This document shows positions 12,025 through 26,857 of a stretch of DNA of 64,000 nt, in pieces. The notes below the pieces were generated by a model. It was given only the letters and a program-made list of their open reading frames with translations, searched no databases and was not told the DNA's origin. Origin of the DNA: Mantamonas sphyraenae STR306 (taxonomy: Eukaryota > Protista > CRuMs); contig JAPMXV010000034.1 of NCBI GenBank assembly GCA_026936335.1, positions 558,001-622,000 of the forward strand. The letters run 5' to 3'. Positions within the stretch are counted from its first letter, which is position 1. Each line of letters opens with the position of its first letter. Both the position numbers and the translations under genes were made by a program.

Positions 12025-14379
12025 CTACGCGTCGCTCTTCTTCTTCTTCTTCTTCTTCTTGTCACTCTTCTTCTTGCTGCTCTTGTCCTTCTTCTTGCTG
12101 CTGCTGCTGCTGCTGCTCTCACCATCCTTGCTCTTCTTCTTCTTCTTGCTCTTCTTGGGCGTCACCTCTTCCTCCATGGCATCCTCCTCGTCATCGCTGT
12201 CCTCCTCCTCCTCCTCCTGGTCACGCGACTTCTTGCGCTTCTTCTTGTCCTTCTTGCTGGACGACTTTGTCACCTTGACCTCCTCATCCATGGCGTCCTC
12301 GTCGTCTTCGTCGTCGCTGGCCGCATCCTGCAGCTTGCTGGCCACCTTCTTCATCACCTCCACGTTCTTGCGCAACGGGGCCCCCGTTTCGTAGAAGGAG
12401 AGACGCTCCTCAACCTGCTTGCGCAGCTCCTCACCGTATGCACTGGTGGGTGCGTCCGAGAACGAGTCGATGCGCGAGGCAATGGCACACTTGTTGGCAA
12501 GGTAGCGACTGATGCGGCCCTTGTTCTTTTGCGACGCACGGCCGATGAACGAGCTGTGGTAGATCAGACCGTACTTGGGTGTGTTCCCCTTGGTTTTCAG
12601 AGCACTGGGATGCCACACACAAAAGTCATGGGAATTGGGAGGCGGGAGGCGGGAGACGGGAGAGGGTGAGGGTGAGTGTGGCTGTCCACAAAGAAAGAAG
12701 GAAAGAAGGGCCCACGAAAAACACACACAACACGGAACATGGGGGCGAAACAACACAAGTCTCAGACCACTACTAAGTATGTCTCGACACGGTTGTTCAG
12801 ATGTCCATATCTACGTTGAAACAAAATAACTTTTTGACTCGTCATAGACTTGGGGGTTGTCTCGCCCATGTGGGGGGAAGGGGAGGGAAGGGAAGGGAAG
12901 GGGTCTCTGCTTGATGGCACCCCGTCATGCACATGCGGACAACAGGGAGAAGGGAAAGCAATGGAGAGGAAAGCAGGGCATCAACGTACCGGAAGAGAGC
13001 CTTTTCGGCACCGAGAATCTGAACAGTGGAAGCCGGGAGCTTGCTGAGGTTGACGAGGGAACCGGCATGGCTGAGGAGACGGCCAGCAACGAGCTCACCG
13101 ACAAGAGCAGTGAGATTGGGTGCGACGTCGTTGATCTTCTTGACAAGGTAGGCATGGACGGAGTTGCGGTACTTGGCGAGGGAGATGGTGCGCTTGGCAA
13201 GCATGGTGACATGCATGAGGTCAATGTCCGAGATGTCCATGCCCATGGATGACTTTGCGGCGCTGATGATCTGTGTGGCCTTGTCCTCGTCCAGCACAAT
13301 CTCCTCCAGCTGGCCCTGGGAGTCCTCGTTGAGGGCGGAGCGGCGGGAGATGGCCTCCACACAGCGGGCATACTGGAACATGTCCGGCACAATGGCAGCC
13401 AGTTCGGGGAAGTGGTAGCCATACCATTCACGGCATCGCATGCCAAATGTGTTGACATCCTTGTCCAGCTGGTCCAGCGTGGCAATGCTCTGGATCACCA
13501 TGTTGTCCACACGGTTCACGTTGAACTTCACCTTGCTACGCGAGTACGAGTGACCCAAACCCAGCATCGACTTTTCCAAGTCGCCCTGTGTGTGTGTGTG
13601 TGTGTTTATCACCACGCGTGGCATCCAAACATCCATCGTATGTGTCAGCAGCAGGGTACAGCAACATCGTCGGAGCGAACGCATGTGCCGTGTCCTCCAC
13701 AACTCACGTCCTTCAGGGCCTTGACAAACGAGCTAAAGTGCATGCGCACGCCTCGGATGACCTCGTTCACAGCCTCGCCATGCTTGCAAGGGAACGACAG
13801 TTCGTCCTGTGTGTGTGTGTGTGTGTGTGATTGTGTGTGGCGTGTCAGAAGCCGAGCAAGCAGAGGGGAAAATGCGCTTTTCCTCCTTCCGGCGTTGCAC
13901 CCACACACCCCCACGTGGGAAGCAGAAGGAACCCAGAAGGGCAGTGTGGGTGTATGACCAAAGCTACGGACATAGACCAGTGACCCTGCGTGTGTAGGAC
14001 AGACAAGGAGCAGAGGCGGGCGGGGGAAAGGAGGCGCCAAGCGAGAACGGACCTGGATGGCAGCGCCGAGGTTGGCGGCAGCGACTCCCACAGTGAACTT
14101 GGCCTTCTTGGCCTTCTTGACCTTGGGCAAGTTTGCTTGGAGGAATGCAGCAAGGGTGTCGTCGACAATGCCCTCACTGACTGCGTTGGTGTTGCGCAGG
14201 GCCTCCTCGGCGGAGCGGAAGGGCACAAAGGCCTTGAGCTTGACCATGCGGCTGAACGAACCAAAGTCCACCACCGCAGCCTGGCCCTCGTCGTTGATGC
14301 TGCCGATGGCATCGGAGTCCACCGTCTCAAACAGAGCGTATCCGCTGGCAGACTCAAACAGAACAAAGTCGGTGGCCAT
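12025..14379 (-). CDS. NOP56: Nucleolar protein 56 (box C/D snoRNP core)
   Basis: Exons 14379-14053, 13806-13708, 13585-12990, 12604-12025. Contains [61 protein letters not shown] and a Lys-rich tail. Confidence 0.97.
12756..12852 (-). ncRNA. Intronic box C/D snoRNA in NOP56 intron 3 (SNORD75-like D guide)
   Basis: Minus strand: terminal stem caagtc/gacttg, box C ATGACGA, internal D' CTGA, terminal D CTGA. The D guide AGTAGTGGT is complementary to the conserved LSU rRNA sequence ACCACUACU. It forms an AT-rich island within a GC-rich intron. Confidence 0.8.
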
Positions 14380-14408
14380 GATGTTGGTGAGCGAGCGAGA
14401 GAAGTGTT

Positions 14409-14426
14409 GTTGGCGGCGTCAGCGCC
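14409..14426. promoter_or_regulatory. Candidate bidirectional-promoter motif GTTGGCGGYGTCAGCGCC
   Basis: 17/18 identical to 29746-29763; both lie between divergent start codons. Confidence 0.5.
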
Positions 14427-14461
14427 TTCAACCCAAAAACGCCCTCTACGACTTGCACCCA

Positions 14462-17074
14462 ATGGAAGTGGAGGTGAGTGCAAACAACATGCCCACTGCA
14501 TCGCAGGGACGTCACCAGCAGGATGTGGCAGAGACGCAGGAGGCAAGGAAAATGGAGACGGAGACGGAGACGGAGACAACAACGACACCGCATGATGATG
14601 ATGATGTTGATGAAGTAGTGTCGCAGGGTGACAGGTCGGTTGAGGCAGAGGCGTCGGAAGCAAAGAGTGATACAGCACCTGGAAATGGGCTGGAGGAGGA
14701 GGATGGGGAGGAGGAAGGGCAGGAGACACAGGAGGAGGAGGAGGAGGAGGTGTCCGAGAGGATGGAGACAGAGATTCCGCAGAACGGAAAGGAGGGCAAG
14801 GAGGTCGAAGGAGAGGAGGAGGAGGACGAAGCACACATGGAAGTGGAAGCAAAGGAGGACAGGAAGAGCAGAAACGATGCGATGGAGAGTGAGGAGGGAC
14901 CAAGCGAGGGCAAGGGGGAAGCAAAGGGGAAAGCGGTGAGTGATCAGGAAGGGTGCTCGAGTCCAAGCGAACGTGTTGGGGATGAGGAGGAGGAGGAAAT
15001 GGAAGGGGTGGTGCTTGAGGCACCCAATCCACCAACAGGGCCTGGGGAGGGGGGAGTGGTGCGTCTGAGTGGCCAGATGATGGTGCAGAGGCGGTACGCA
15101 GATCGGAGCGGAGCAGCGGTATGTGCGGCCAAGGAAGGGGACCGTGTGCTTGTGTATGGAGGAATGTCTGCGATGAAACGGCAGCTGATGAGCACACTGT
15201 TGGTGGAGGACAGGGATGGCCAGTCGTTTGAGACGGTGAAGAATATGGTGCTTCAGAGAAGCAAGGAGAAACGGTGGCGTGGGGCAGGTGCACTGCTGGG
15301 TTCATACATGGTGGTGGTGGGTGGATGGAGTCGGGTGCATGCGAAAGGCAAGGAGGAAACTGAAGGGAGGGTGAGTGTGAAGGGTAGCGCGGCGGAGGTG
15401 ATTGTGTTGGATCCTCGCACCGGCGGACAGGTGTTTATGACGGTGGAGCAGGAGAGGGACGCACCGACAGTGTGTGATGCAGTGGACACAGTGGTGGCTG
15501 TGCGATGGCCCAAGCGAGCAGAGGCAGGGATGGCCAGGGACATGGTGGTTGTGTATGGAGGGCAGCACAGGACGGCAAGCACGCTGCAGCAGGTGAGTTC
15601 GTACACCATGGCATGGCGTCCATTGGCAGAAGTGTCCCAACTGGGCATCACAGACAGTGCCAAGGCGTACCACGCCACAGAGGCACCGCCCACGCGTGGA
15701 CACACCGGTGTGTTTGTGCGTGGCGAAAAGGTGCATGGGGGCGTGGACAGTGTGGTGGTGTTTGGTGGTCAGCCCATCAGCAACCAAGTGTGGCTGTTGC
15801 AACTGCACAAACACAACAAGGGACGGTGGAGGCGTGCAGAGACGGTTGGGTTGTCACCGTACGCTCGCCACAGCCACGCAGCTGCCATGCTCAACGACAA
15901 GATGGTTGTGTTTGGAGGAACAACGTTGGGGGGTCGCCTGCTGCAGGACGTGCATGTGTTGGACGTGCAGAGCATGGAGTGGGTGCATCGCGTGGAGGTG
16001 ACGTGCACCCTGTGGGAGACCATGCTGCACAGCATGGTGACTGTCACTCGAGCGGACGACGAGCTGCACGACAGTGACGGCGTGCATGTGTTGGGTGGCA
16101 TTGGGCAGGATCAGCCGTGGCTGCAGACCAGTGTCTTGCTGCGCGAGATTTCCCCAGAGTGGAGTGCCTCGCAGCACTCGCTGTACCCGGAGCTGTTCCG
16201 TAGGGAGGTCAAGCAACTACTGTTGGCACGTCAACACAAGGAAGGTGAGGGGGACGATGCTGTGTATGCGCTTAACTGCAGCCAGAGCATTTTGCCCATG
16301 TCGGCGACCTACTCCATCATCAACCAATTGGCTCGCTTCCACATGTACGACGAGGAGCTGCGCGATGCGGCCTTTCACTACGAAAGCAAGGTGGTGAGCA
16401 AGAAGCGCATCCGACTGAAGAAGATGAAGCGGTTGGCGGAGCAGGAGCGTTTGGAACGGCAGCAGGGGCAACCGGAGCGGGTGGTGTTTGGTGCGGGGTC
16501 GTATGGAGAGGAGAACAACAGCGGCACGGGGCCTGCTGGAATGAGTTGGATGAGCGCCAAGTATGGTCTGAACAGTTACAGCGACGCCATGGATGATGCA
16601 TACATGTACACAGATGGCGAAGGGGGCAGCAGCGGGTCATGGGGACGACGAGACGAGCAGGAGGAGGACAATGGCGCCTTGGATGAGTATGTGAACGAGG
16701 AAGATGTGGACCCGTATCAGACACCACCGCGGGCAAACGAGTACTATTCACACGTGGCGGACAGAGATGAGGGGGACAGCGACGGTGCGGATGCTGGCGG
16801 AGACAACGATGATGACAGCAACATGTGGAGTGGACTCGGAGAGGCGGCTGGACACGGGGAAGAGGAGGAGGAGTTTCACGACAACGCGTGGAACAACAAA
16901 CCAGCCAAGCGAACGCGGAGCCAAGTGAGTGATGGCGACACAGGAGACGCAGGAGAGCTGAACGAAAGCGAAGCAGCAGAACTGAATGCGCTGCTGATGA
17001 TGGCAAAGGATCCAGTCGTGTCAAAGAAGCAGAAGGTTGAGGAGGAGGAGTTTGACGGTGACAATTTTGATTGA
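14462..17074 (+). CDS. Kelch-repeat protein with acidic termini
   Basis: Repeated VLVYGG/MVVVGG/VVVFGG/MVVFGG blades with RHSHAAA and W motifs. Start chosen at the first ATG beyond the NOP56 start. Confidence 0.8.
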   Translation: MEVEVSANNMPTASQGRHQQDVAETQEARKMETETETETTTTPHDDDDVDEVVSQGDRSVEAEASEAKSDTAPGNGLEEEDGEEEGQETQEEEEEEVSERMETEIPQNGKEGKEVEGEEEEDEAHMEVEAKEDRKSRNDAMESEEGPSEGKGEAKGKAVSDQEGCSSPSERVGDEEEEEMEGVVLEAPNPPTGPGEGGVVRLSGQMMVQRRYADRSGAAVCAAKEGDRVLVYGGMSAMKRQLMSTLLVEDRDGQSFETVKNMVLQRSKEKRWRGAGALLGSYMVVVGGWSRVHAKGKEETEGRVSVKGSAAEVIVLDPRTGGQVFMTVEQERDAPTVCDAVDTVVAVRWPKRAEAGMARDMVVVYGGQHRTASTLQQVSSYTMAWRPLAEVSQLGITDSAKAYHATEAPPTRGHTGVFVRGEKVHGGVDSVVVFGGQPISNQVWLLQLHKHNKGRWRRAETVGLSPYARHSHAAAMLNDKMVVFGGTTLGGRLLQDVHVLDVQSMEWVHRVEVTCTLWETMLHSMVTVTRADDELHDSDGVHVLGGIGQDQPWLQTSVLLREISPEWSASQHSLYPELFRREVKQLLLARQHKEGEGDDAVYALNCSQSILPMSATYSIINQLARFHMYDEELRDAAFHYESKVVSKKRIRLKKMKRLAEQERLERQQGQPERVVFGAGSYGEENNSGTGPAGMSWMSAKYGLNSYSDAMDDAYMYTDGEGGSSGSWGRRDEQEEDNGALDEYVNEEDVDPYQTPPRANEYYSHVADRDEGDSDGADAGGDNDDDSNMWSGLGEAAGHGEEEEEFHDNAWNNKPAKRTRSQVSDGDTGDAGELNESEAAELNALLMMAKDPVVSKKQKVEEEEFDGDNFD

Positions 17075-17267
17075 GGATAAAATCCAAGCACCCCAATCCA
17101 CAACAAGAATTCACATCTGAATCAAAATTCCCAAGTGCATTTTCGACATGAATTTCACCTGGTTCATTTCTCCGTGATGGTCACCTTGATGGTCTCCCGA
17201 TGCGCGTGCTGTGTGCGGATGTGTGTTTTGTGCAAAGTGTGTGTGTGTGGTTGTGTTCATGGGCAGA

Positions 17268-18942
<1,675 letters not shown>

Positions 18943-19027
18943 GGTGGTCTGCGTGGTTCGTGTGGATGCGGGAGCGCGCAAGCGCGGGGGCGAGGCAACT
19001 GAACGCTTCAAAGCACGCGCAGGGAAG

Positions 19028-20898
19028 ATGAGCTCGACCCTGGACACCAGCATGGACCTGGACAAGACTCAACCTTTGGATGAGGGGGACATGCCGGCAG
19101 AGGAGGAGGTGACGGTGACGCCTGTGAACAAGGAGGCAGTGCCCATGGTGAAGCTGATGTCCACCAAGCGAGAGCATGCACACCTGAGCATGGAGCTGGT
19201 GGATGGGGCTCAGGTGGTGGTGGGAAGGGGTCAGGACGTCGACGAACAGGCTCGCATTGTGGACCAGCGTGTGTCTGGGAAGCACTTTCGGGTTTGGTTT
19301 GAGAACGGACAGGTGCAACTGCAGGACACCTCCCGCAACGGCACCTTTGTCAACGACAGGCGTCTGGGTGAGGGCAACACATGTGTGCTTCACACGGGTG
19401 ACCTTGTCTCCCTTCCGGTGGAAGGAGGAGACGAAGACGACCGCGTCTTTGGCTTTGTTGTTCGCGTGATCGGCCTCAAGCGAGCTCCAAGCATTGTCAA
19501 GGGCACCAGTGGAACCATCCAGCGCACCGGAACACTCACCATGAGTGGAAGCAAGGTATGTTTGTGAGCCCCATCCCTCCGGCATGTGGGGTGCACGTGG
19601 GGTGTGCGTTTGCCCGCAATCGCTCACCTTTTGACGTTTTTCGCGCGATTTCTTTAGCGCACACGCAGCGACGTGGACGCCGAGGATGCATCTGCAGATG
19701 CTGCAGATGGAGATGATGATGCAAAGAAGGATATTGCGGGAGATGATGGTGCTGACGATGCAGAGACTACGGTGCGGGTTCCAGCCAAACGGCAACGTGT
19801 GGTTCCCGACAACGAATCATCGTCATCATCGTCATCATCGTCATCATCATCGTCATCATCGTCATCGTCATCATCTTCCAGTGGCGAGGAGGACAAGAAG
19901 AAGGACGAAGAGCTGGAGCTGTCGATGATGTGTGGAATCTGTCACGAGATCCTGTACAAGAGTGTCTCGCTGCTGCCATGCCTTCATAACTTTTGCGCAG
20001 CATGCTACTCGCAGTGGCTGAAACGATCGTCGGACTGCCCCGAGTGTCGCACTCCTGTGGAGAGTGTACGACGCAACCATGGGTTGACCAACATTGTGGA
20101 AGCGTACCTGGAGGCCCACCCTTCCAAGAAGCGAGACAAGGACGAGCTGGATGAGATGGACCGCATGACCACCATCAAAGACGACGAACTGCGCATCAAG
20201 AGCAGACGCCGACGATCGTACTCATCGGACAGCGACAGCAGCAGTGGTTCTGTGCCCTCGCAGTGTCGACACTGCTCCGAGCCCGCTACCGATGGCTTCC
20301 AGTGCGATCAAAGCAATCCATCGCATGTCATGTGCCGTGCCTGCTATCTGATGTTTCCTGACCGGACGGTGGCCAACGTGGCGACCAGGTGCACTCTGTG
20401 TCGAGCGACCTACTGCGACGCATACTACCGTGCCACGACGTCCAACAACACCGGATGCACCGTACCCACCCGGGGAGCCTTTGCATTGAAGCAGTTGAAG
20501 AACCACGTGATGCAGGAGGTGCCTCAAAACTCCCTTCCCAATACGTACGAGATGAGCACGTTTCTTGCATGGATGCAGGCGAAACAGAAGGACGCCAACC
20601 TCGTCTGGCGAGAATGCTTGGATCTGGTGGAACAGGGCATCACCACCATCGACGTTTCGCGCTTTGGTGGGCAGAACGGCCCGTCGGCGGATGTCGACAC
20701 TGTGTGTTGCTTGTTCTGCGCCAAGACTGTGTTCCAGAAGCTGGCTTATGTCTACCGTGAGCGTATTCCCACGCAAGAATTGCCTCTGGATGCGCAGAAC
20801 AGGCAGATTGCTGGTATGGACGCAACTGCCGCACCCAGCGACACAACCAGCGCCATGCCAAACAGCGCAACCATATTTGCGAGCAAACACGACGATGA
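19028..20898 (+). CDS. CHFR: CHFR E3 ubiquitin ligase (FHA-RING-Cys-rich-PBZ)
   Basis: FHA ([19 protein letters not shown]), [24 protein letters not shown], intron 19556-19657. The [20 protein letters not shown] sits one base out of frame at ~20804 (probable indel error). Confidence 0.9.
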
Positions 20899-20955
20899 GG
20901 TGGAGCACAATGCAAGGAGATTCTTTACGTTTTCTTTACGTAGCAATACGATGGC

Positions 20956-23900
20956 TCATCCAAAGAAAGCGGCCAACTGTTGTTCGTAGCTGTCGACGAG
21001 GTTGCCATAGCGTGCATCATGGTCACTGTCATCGTTGTCCTCCTCGTCGGTGCTCCAGAAGGAGGATCCCATGCTTGTAGAGGCCATACTGAGGCTGCCT
21101 CTGTCGTCGTAGTCGTCCGCATCGTCATCCTGCTCGTTCAGCTTGAGCTCGTCCTCCTCCAGCTTGCGAATGCGTGCCTGACGTGCACTGCGTGCACGCT
21201 GGCGCTCCAGCTCACGTGTGCCAATGCCCGACGTGGGTGGACGAGCACGGGACGACGGGTGGGCCGACTTGATGGTGCGTTGGGCCGGGAACGCCACGCT
21301 GCGTTGCCAGCGATTGGGATTGGGCACCGACTCGTCCAGACGCATGTGGACTGCACCGCCCCCAAGAGGCATTGTGCGCACGTTGTGTGTGGCTTGCACA
21401 AGCTTGGCACTCATGGGCCGGTCTGCCTGCGGGATGGCGTTGGCTGTCGAATTGGGCATGTACACAGCTCGAGCCTCGCCCAGACGTGCCCGTCTCTCCA
21501 TCACAGTTTCTGTCCACAGTTTGTCCTGTTCCACCAAGCGTGTGCGTATGATTTGCTTCTCGTATGCGTGCTCGTCTGTCACACTTTCGTGCTTCTCGGC
21601 CTTCCACGTCTGAAGCTTTCGCCTGCCAGCCCGTTTGTCCATGCGCACCATCTCTGCCTGCACCAGTGTGTCCATGCGTTGTCTCTGTAGTGCCTTTTGC
21701 TGCTGCCTCTGGCCCTGCTGTTTGCTTACAGCGCCGAGTTTGCCCGAAAAGCTGGCCGAGAAGGCACGTTCCTGATTCCTGCGTTTGCCACGCGCACTGG
21801 CTGCACGCACGCGTTGCACCTGACTGTGCTTGTCCTTCATGGTTTGTTCCTTCGCCTGCTTGCGCAGGATGCGGCCCTCGACCATTTCCAGAACGCGTTC
21901 CTGATGTTTGGCGTCGCGCAACTGCGCCCTTTTCTTCAGCGTCCGCTGTCTCACCAGTCGCTGTGAGTCTGCCATCATACGCACCTCCTTGCGTCGTTCT
22001 TCCTGTCGCAGTTCCTCCTCCTCGGCACGCAGGGCCCAGTCAAAATCGCTGCGCCTGCCCAGGACACCGCCACCGTAGCGTTCCATGCGCATTTCGTTGC
22101 GCAGTTCGGCACTCCGCACGTGTGTCCTTAACCTATGCTTGCGCACTGTGTCGTTGCCAGACATGGGTCGGCGTGCCTGTGCCTCCTTGCGCTCCTCGCG
22201 CACCTCGGCCACCAGCTCCCGCTTCACCTGAGCTTCAAACTCTTTGCGCTCCTCCTGCACCCGCTTCAGGTACTGGGCATACTCGCGCATTACACTTTTG
22301 GACAGTTGCGCTTCCTGTTGCTTGGCCTGTGGCAGCGTGGTGCCTTGTTGGATGGCCTGGCCCACACGGATGGTGGTGTGCACTTCCACATTTGCATCCG
22401 TCGCCACACCGTCTCCAGCAGCTCCCTTCTCGCCTCCTGTCGCGCCCTGTGCGTTTCGTTGTTGTCTTAGCGTCTCCTTGTCCATGGTGTTGTACAGGTC
22501 AAACACGGCCGGTGCGTGGAGGGCTGTGGGAGCAGGAGACGTGGCCGCGCGTACGTCGTCGGCTGCTCGACTGTACAGGTTGTACACTTCGTTGATGTCG
22601 TTGAGGGTGACTGTGGTGCTGATGGCACTGTCGTATCTCTCTGCACCCGTGGGAGTGCCTGCACCACTGCTGCTTGGGGACGAGTGCGACGACGATGCCA
22701 CCGACGGGATGGCACCCACGTAGCGACCCTGATGCCACTCACCTGGCTCGTCACCTTCTCCTTCATCTTCTTCATCTTCTTCGTCTTCCTCATCTTCATC
22801 TTCCTCTAGCAACGCCAGCAACTGCTTGTGATGCGCAGGCATGGATGGGTTGGATTGCCGTCGGAATTGGTCCAATGCCAGCGACGACGAGGTGCGACGC
22901 AGCAGATTGCCCTTGAGACGAGCTGTGGTGGTTTCAGAAGCACCCATCCCACCGGCGACACCGCTGCTGTTTGTGGACATGGGCGAGGTCGAAGTATGGG
23001 GTGAAGTGTCGCGTGAATCCTGTGCCGCTGCGTGGGCCATGAACGACTCCACACCCTCCTGGCTACCCAGATCCATGTTCAACTTGCGTGCAACCAGCAT
23101 CTGTGCGGAGGAGGACGACCGCCCCATGGCACCCAGCGACGGAGGCATGGTCCTTGGCGATGAGGGAACGTCGTTCTCCCTGGACGGAGACGGAGAGATG
23201 GATGGGGATCGAACACTGCCACTTCCCTTTTGCAACAGGTTGCCACTGCTCATGGTGCGTGCAAGGAGGCCGCCCGTGTGCAAGCGACGTGTGGCTTTGT
23301 TGTTTGCCAGGCGACTGGCCTGCGTCTTGGATGCCGAAGCCACGCCTGTGCTGCCACGCCGCTCACGAATGTCGTTGGCACGCGAAAGAAGCAGTTGAAA
23401 CTCTGCGTCACGTTGGAGCTGCTCCCTGTGTGCCCGCTCGAGCTCGGTCTGCTCACGGTGAAACAGACGGTGGTCGCGACGGTAGTGTTCGCGAAGGACG
23501 GCATACTTGCGACGCACGAGCCAGGCACGCACGACAGACTGACACCGCACAACGGCGCGCAGGATGCGTGCGTGGTCGCGGCTGATGCAGGAGACATGCA
23601 TGCCGGTGGCGGTGGAAAACGTGTAGCAGGCAATCAGGATGGCGCGTCGACGGGCCTCCTGCTCAGAGGCACAGATAAGCAGGAGCAGATCCTGGGGCAG
23701 GCGTTGCCGAATGAAGGGATGCAGATGGATGACGTCACGTGCCACATGGATGAGATCCACGGAAAACGTGGTGAGTGGTTCCACGGCGTTGCGTTGCATG
23801 TCGTACGGGTTGCTGATGACGCCGGAGAACGGGGCACGTGCAAACTCGGGCAGCACTTCCGTGTTCTGCAGATATGTTTCGTCGATGGCGTTGAAGTAGT

Positions 23901-26725
23901 AGCGGACTGCGCGTTCGGGCACCACCTTTGTGGGGGCGTGCTGTTGCAAGGATGCAATTCGAGCATACTCGTCCTCGTGGATCATAAGGATGCGGTCCGA
24001 AAAGTCATGGGCACAAATCTGTTGCAGGCGGTGGAGGAAGCGAAGGCGACGCATGCGATGTGCACCTCGCCACCAGCTCTGGACGAGCATCGACGCCCTG
24101 CGTTCCATCATGACAGGCACAATGTGTGGTGCATGCTCCATGCGCGAGACGTAGGATCGCCACACACTTTGAATGCAGGTGGCAGCACGCACGCGGTCCA
24201 GCAGGTTGCTGTCAAAGGTGACGCAGGAGCGTGCAAAGCGACGGCGTTCATCAAGCGGCGCGCGCACGCCGTTGAGCCGCTGCTGGGCAAACACGTCGTT
24301 CTCATCGACCTGAAGCTGCAATAGTGCATCATCTACGTTGCTATACAGGGGCACAAGGCCGTTTGCGTAGATAGACAGCACATACGTGACGCGTGCAAAG
24401 ATGTACGCGTTTGGGATGTCCAAACGGCACAGGACTGGATAGTGGTGGTGGTGGTGGTTGGTGGTGGTCGCTGTAGTGGCGGAGGTGGGTGATGATGATG
24501 ACGATGATGGTGAGAGGCCCGCTGTGGAGGCGTTTGGAGAGACGGGACGGGTGGATGCTTGATGGCGTCGGTCAAAGGGAGCTGTAAAGTGAAAGGCAGA
24601 GACAAAGCGAGTGCGCAGGTGTTCAGTGGCCACGTTACGCAAAGGGCGTCGCATGTACGACTCGCCTAGCTGTTCGCAGTGGGATTGGAGACGGGCTTCG
24701 TGGCGGGAGGAGTGGAGATCACAGGCTTGGGCCAGCGAGCGTTGGGGATAGGTGCGTCGGACAACCAGGTTGGAGGGTGCGTTGGAATCGAGCATCCCGG
24801 CTTGCCAGGGCACAGAGGGGGCTCGTACGAGGCGCAGGCCTGTGTCGTCGTGGAGCATGGCAGCAAAATCGGGGGGTTGGGGAAGGGAGCGAGGGTCGAC
24901 GTCGTGGTGATGACCATCCTCACGGACATACCACTTGTGTTGCAAATGGGAGGGAATAAGGTGGGTGTGCACGTGTTGGAGGAGGCGCACAATGACGTGC
25001 TGCACATGTGCAGGGAAGTAGACGCCGCGGATGTTGCGAATGTAAAAGGGCATCTCGCGGTACACGAGACGCTGGCGATGGTGCAGAAAGGCGTCCTGGA
25101 TGAGAGTGGCGGACATGCGACGGCGTGAGAGGCGGTAGCGGTGGCTGAAGTAGGCGTGCTGGATGGTGAGGGCAGCGGCGTGTTGGGTCTTGAGGCGCTG
25201 CAGGGCCTTTCGGAATCGCTTCATACGGAAGTTCATCTGGAAGAGGGCCATGCCATGTTCGATACGTGCACGGTAGGCACGTACGGCGGAGCGAGTGCGA
25301 TGGCCACGGTAGATGCGTTGAATAATGATAGAGGGCACGTGGTGGGTGCAGATGTGGGCCACGGCAAGGGTGGTGTTGCTCATGTAGCGACGAAACTCGT
25401 ACAGAGACATAAACTCGGCCTGGTCTTGGTGGTTGAGGGGCACGTACATGTGGTGGGAGAGCGGGGCAAAGCGTTGCGGGTCACGTAGGGCTGGGGCCAG
25501 GGGCAGTTGGATGCATTCGAGGTCGGACACGACATACTCGTCGAGAAGGCGAAGGTTGGGTACGGTGTTGACAAGGAAGCGACGGTAGGCGGGATGGAGG
25601 GCGATGGGGTTGTCCATGAGTGTGAGCACACGCAGGGTGTGGCAGTGTTCCAGCGCACGAAGGGGTTCAAACGAGCTCAAGGCATTGGTGTGGAGGTAGA
25701 GGAAGGCCAGGGAGTGTGCCAGAGCAGCCCATTGGTGGGCATCGGGCAGTTGTTGCAGATCGCAGTCGTGCAGGTCCAGAAAGACCAGGTGACGAAGGGT
25801 GTGGAGGTCATCCAAGCGACGGAAGCGACAATGGGCGAGGACCAACACACGCAGGTTGGTACACAGGGCAAGGTTGCCCAGATTGCGCAGTGAGCGGCGG
25901 GAAAACTCGACGTACGTGGCTGACGCTAGGTCAAACTCGCATGCCATGTTCAGGATGGTCTTTGGCGAGAGTTCGTCGTAGGGTTTGGGAATGTGTGCGG
26001 ACAGCTGTCGCTTCCGTTGGCGACTCAGGCGGCGGCGACGACGGCGTGCGCGGGAGGAAGACGACGCTGGTGTGGGTTCCACGGGGCCATTGTGGCCATG
26101 TGTGGACTGGTGTGGGTGCAACGAGTCGATGAGATGGTCGGTGGTCAGAGGACTGGGTGTGTCGGAGATGTCAAAGGCATACTTGGAGTCTGTTTGGTAG
26201 CTCAGGAGCTTCTTGGCGCGGTGCTTGAGCATCTGCGAGGCCCGGAAAGAGGACAGAATGGGTGACAGGTGGCCATGGGGATGGGATGGAAGGGTGCAAA
26301 CGCATGCGGATGAGGGTGGGGAGTGGGTAAGGGGAACAAAGGGTGAGTGTGGGGGCGTACAGGACGGTGTTGCATCGGTGGTTTCGTACCGTTTGGATCG
26401 CCTGGTCTGCGGTGATGGCCATTTTGGAGACACCGAGTTCAGATTTGATGACATGGGAAGGAAGAGAGGCTGAGGCTGAGGAGGAGGTGGTGGTGGATGA
26501 TGACGATGAGGAGGCAGACATGGAGCCCGCAGAATGGGCAGCGCGACGAGACTGTGCGTTGCCAGAGGCATTTGGGTTTGTGTACAAAGCTCCATCGCCA
26601 TCAGCCATGTCCAAAATGGCCGCCTTTGCTCGCTGCAGGCCCCGGGATGGGGGCCTTGGCTTGGAGGAGGCCAGTGGGAGGTTGAGAGCGTGCGAGTTGC
26701 GCCGCTTGAGCTGGCCTGGTTGCAT
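20956..26725 (-). CDS. Leucine-rich repeat and IQ-motif protein (LRRIQ3-like) with coiled-coil tail
   Basis: LRRs (LVFLDLHDCDL, FLYLHTNAL, LTLMDNPI..YRRFLVN) and several IQ motifs (IQRIYRGHRTR, IQSVWRSY, QSVVRAWLVRR). Probable first exon 26725-26390, intron to 26233. Confidence 0.75.
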
Positions 26726-26857
26726 TGGTCGTGGGAGGGCATGCACACAAGGGAAGTGTGGAAGGGGGAGGGGAGGAAGGTGAGGTGGGATGGGGTGGGG
26801 ATGGGAAGAGCAGCTCATCATGTGCGCGGGTGGATGGAGAGGAACTGTGAAAGGAGA

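Noticed and set aside
13840-13955. H/ACA snoRNA in NOP56 intron 1 (two hairpins then ACA)
   Set aside because: No ANANNA H box in the hinge, and the ACA is part of the branch motif.
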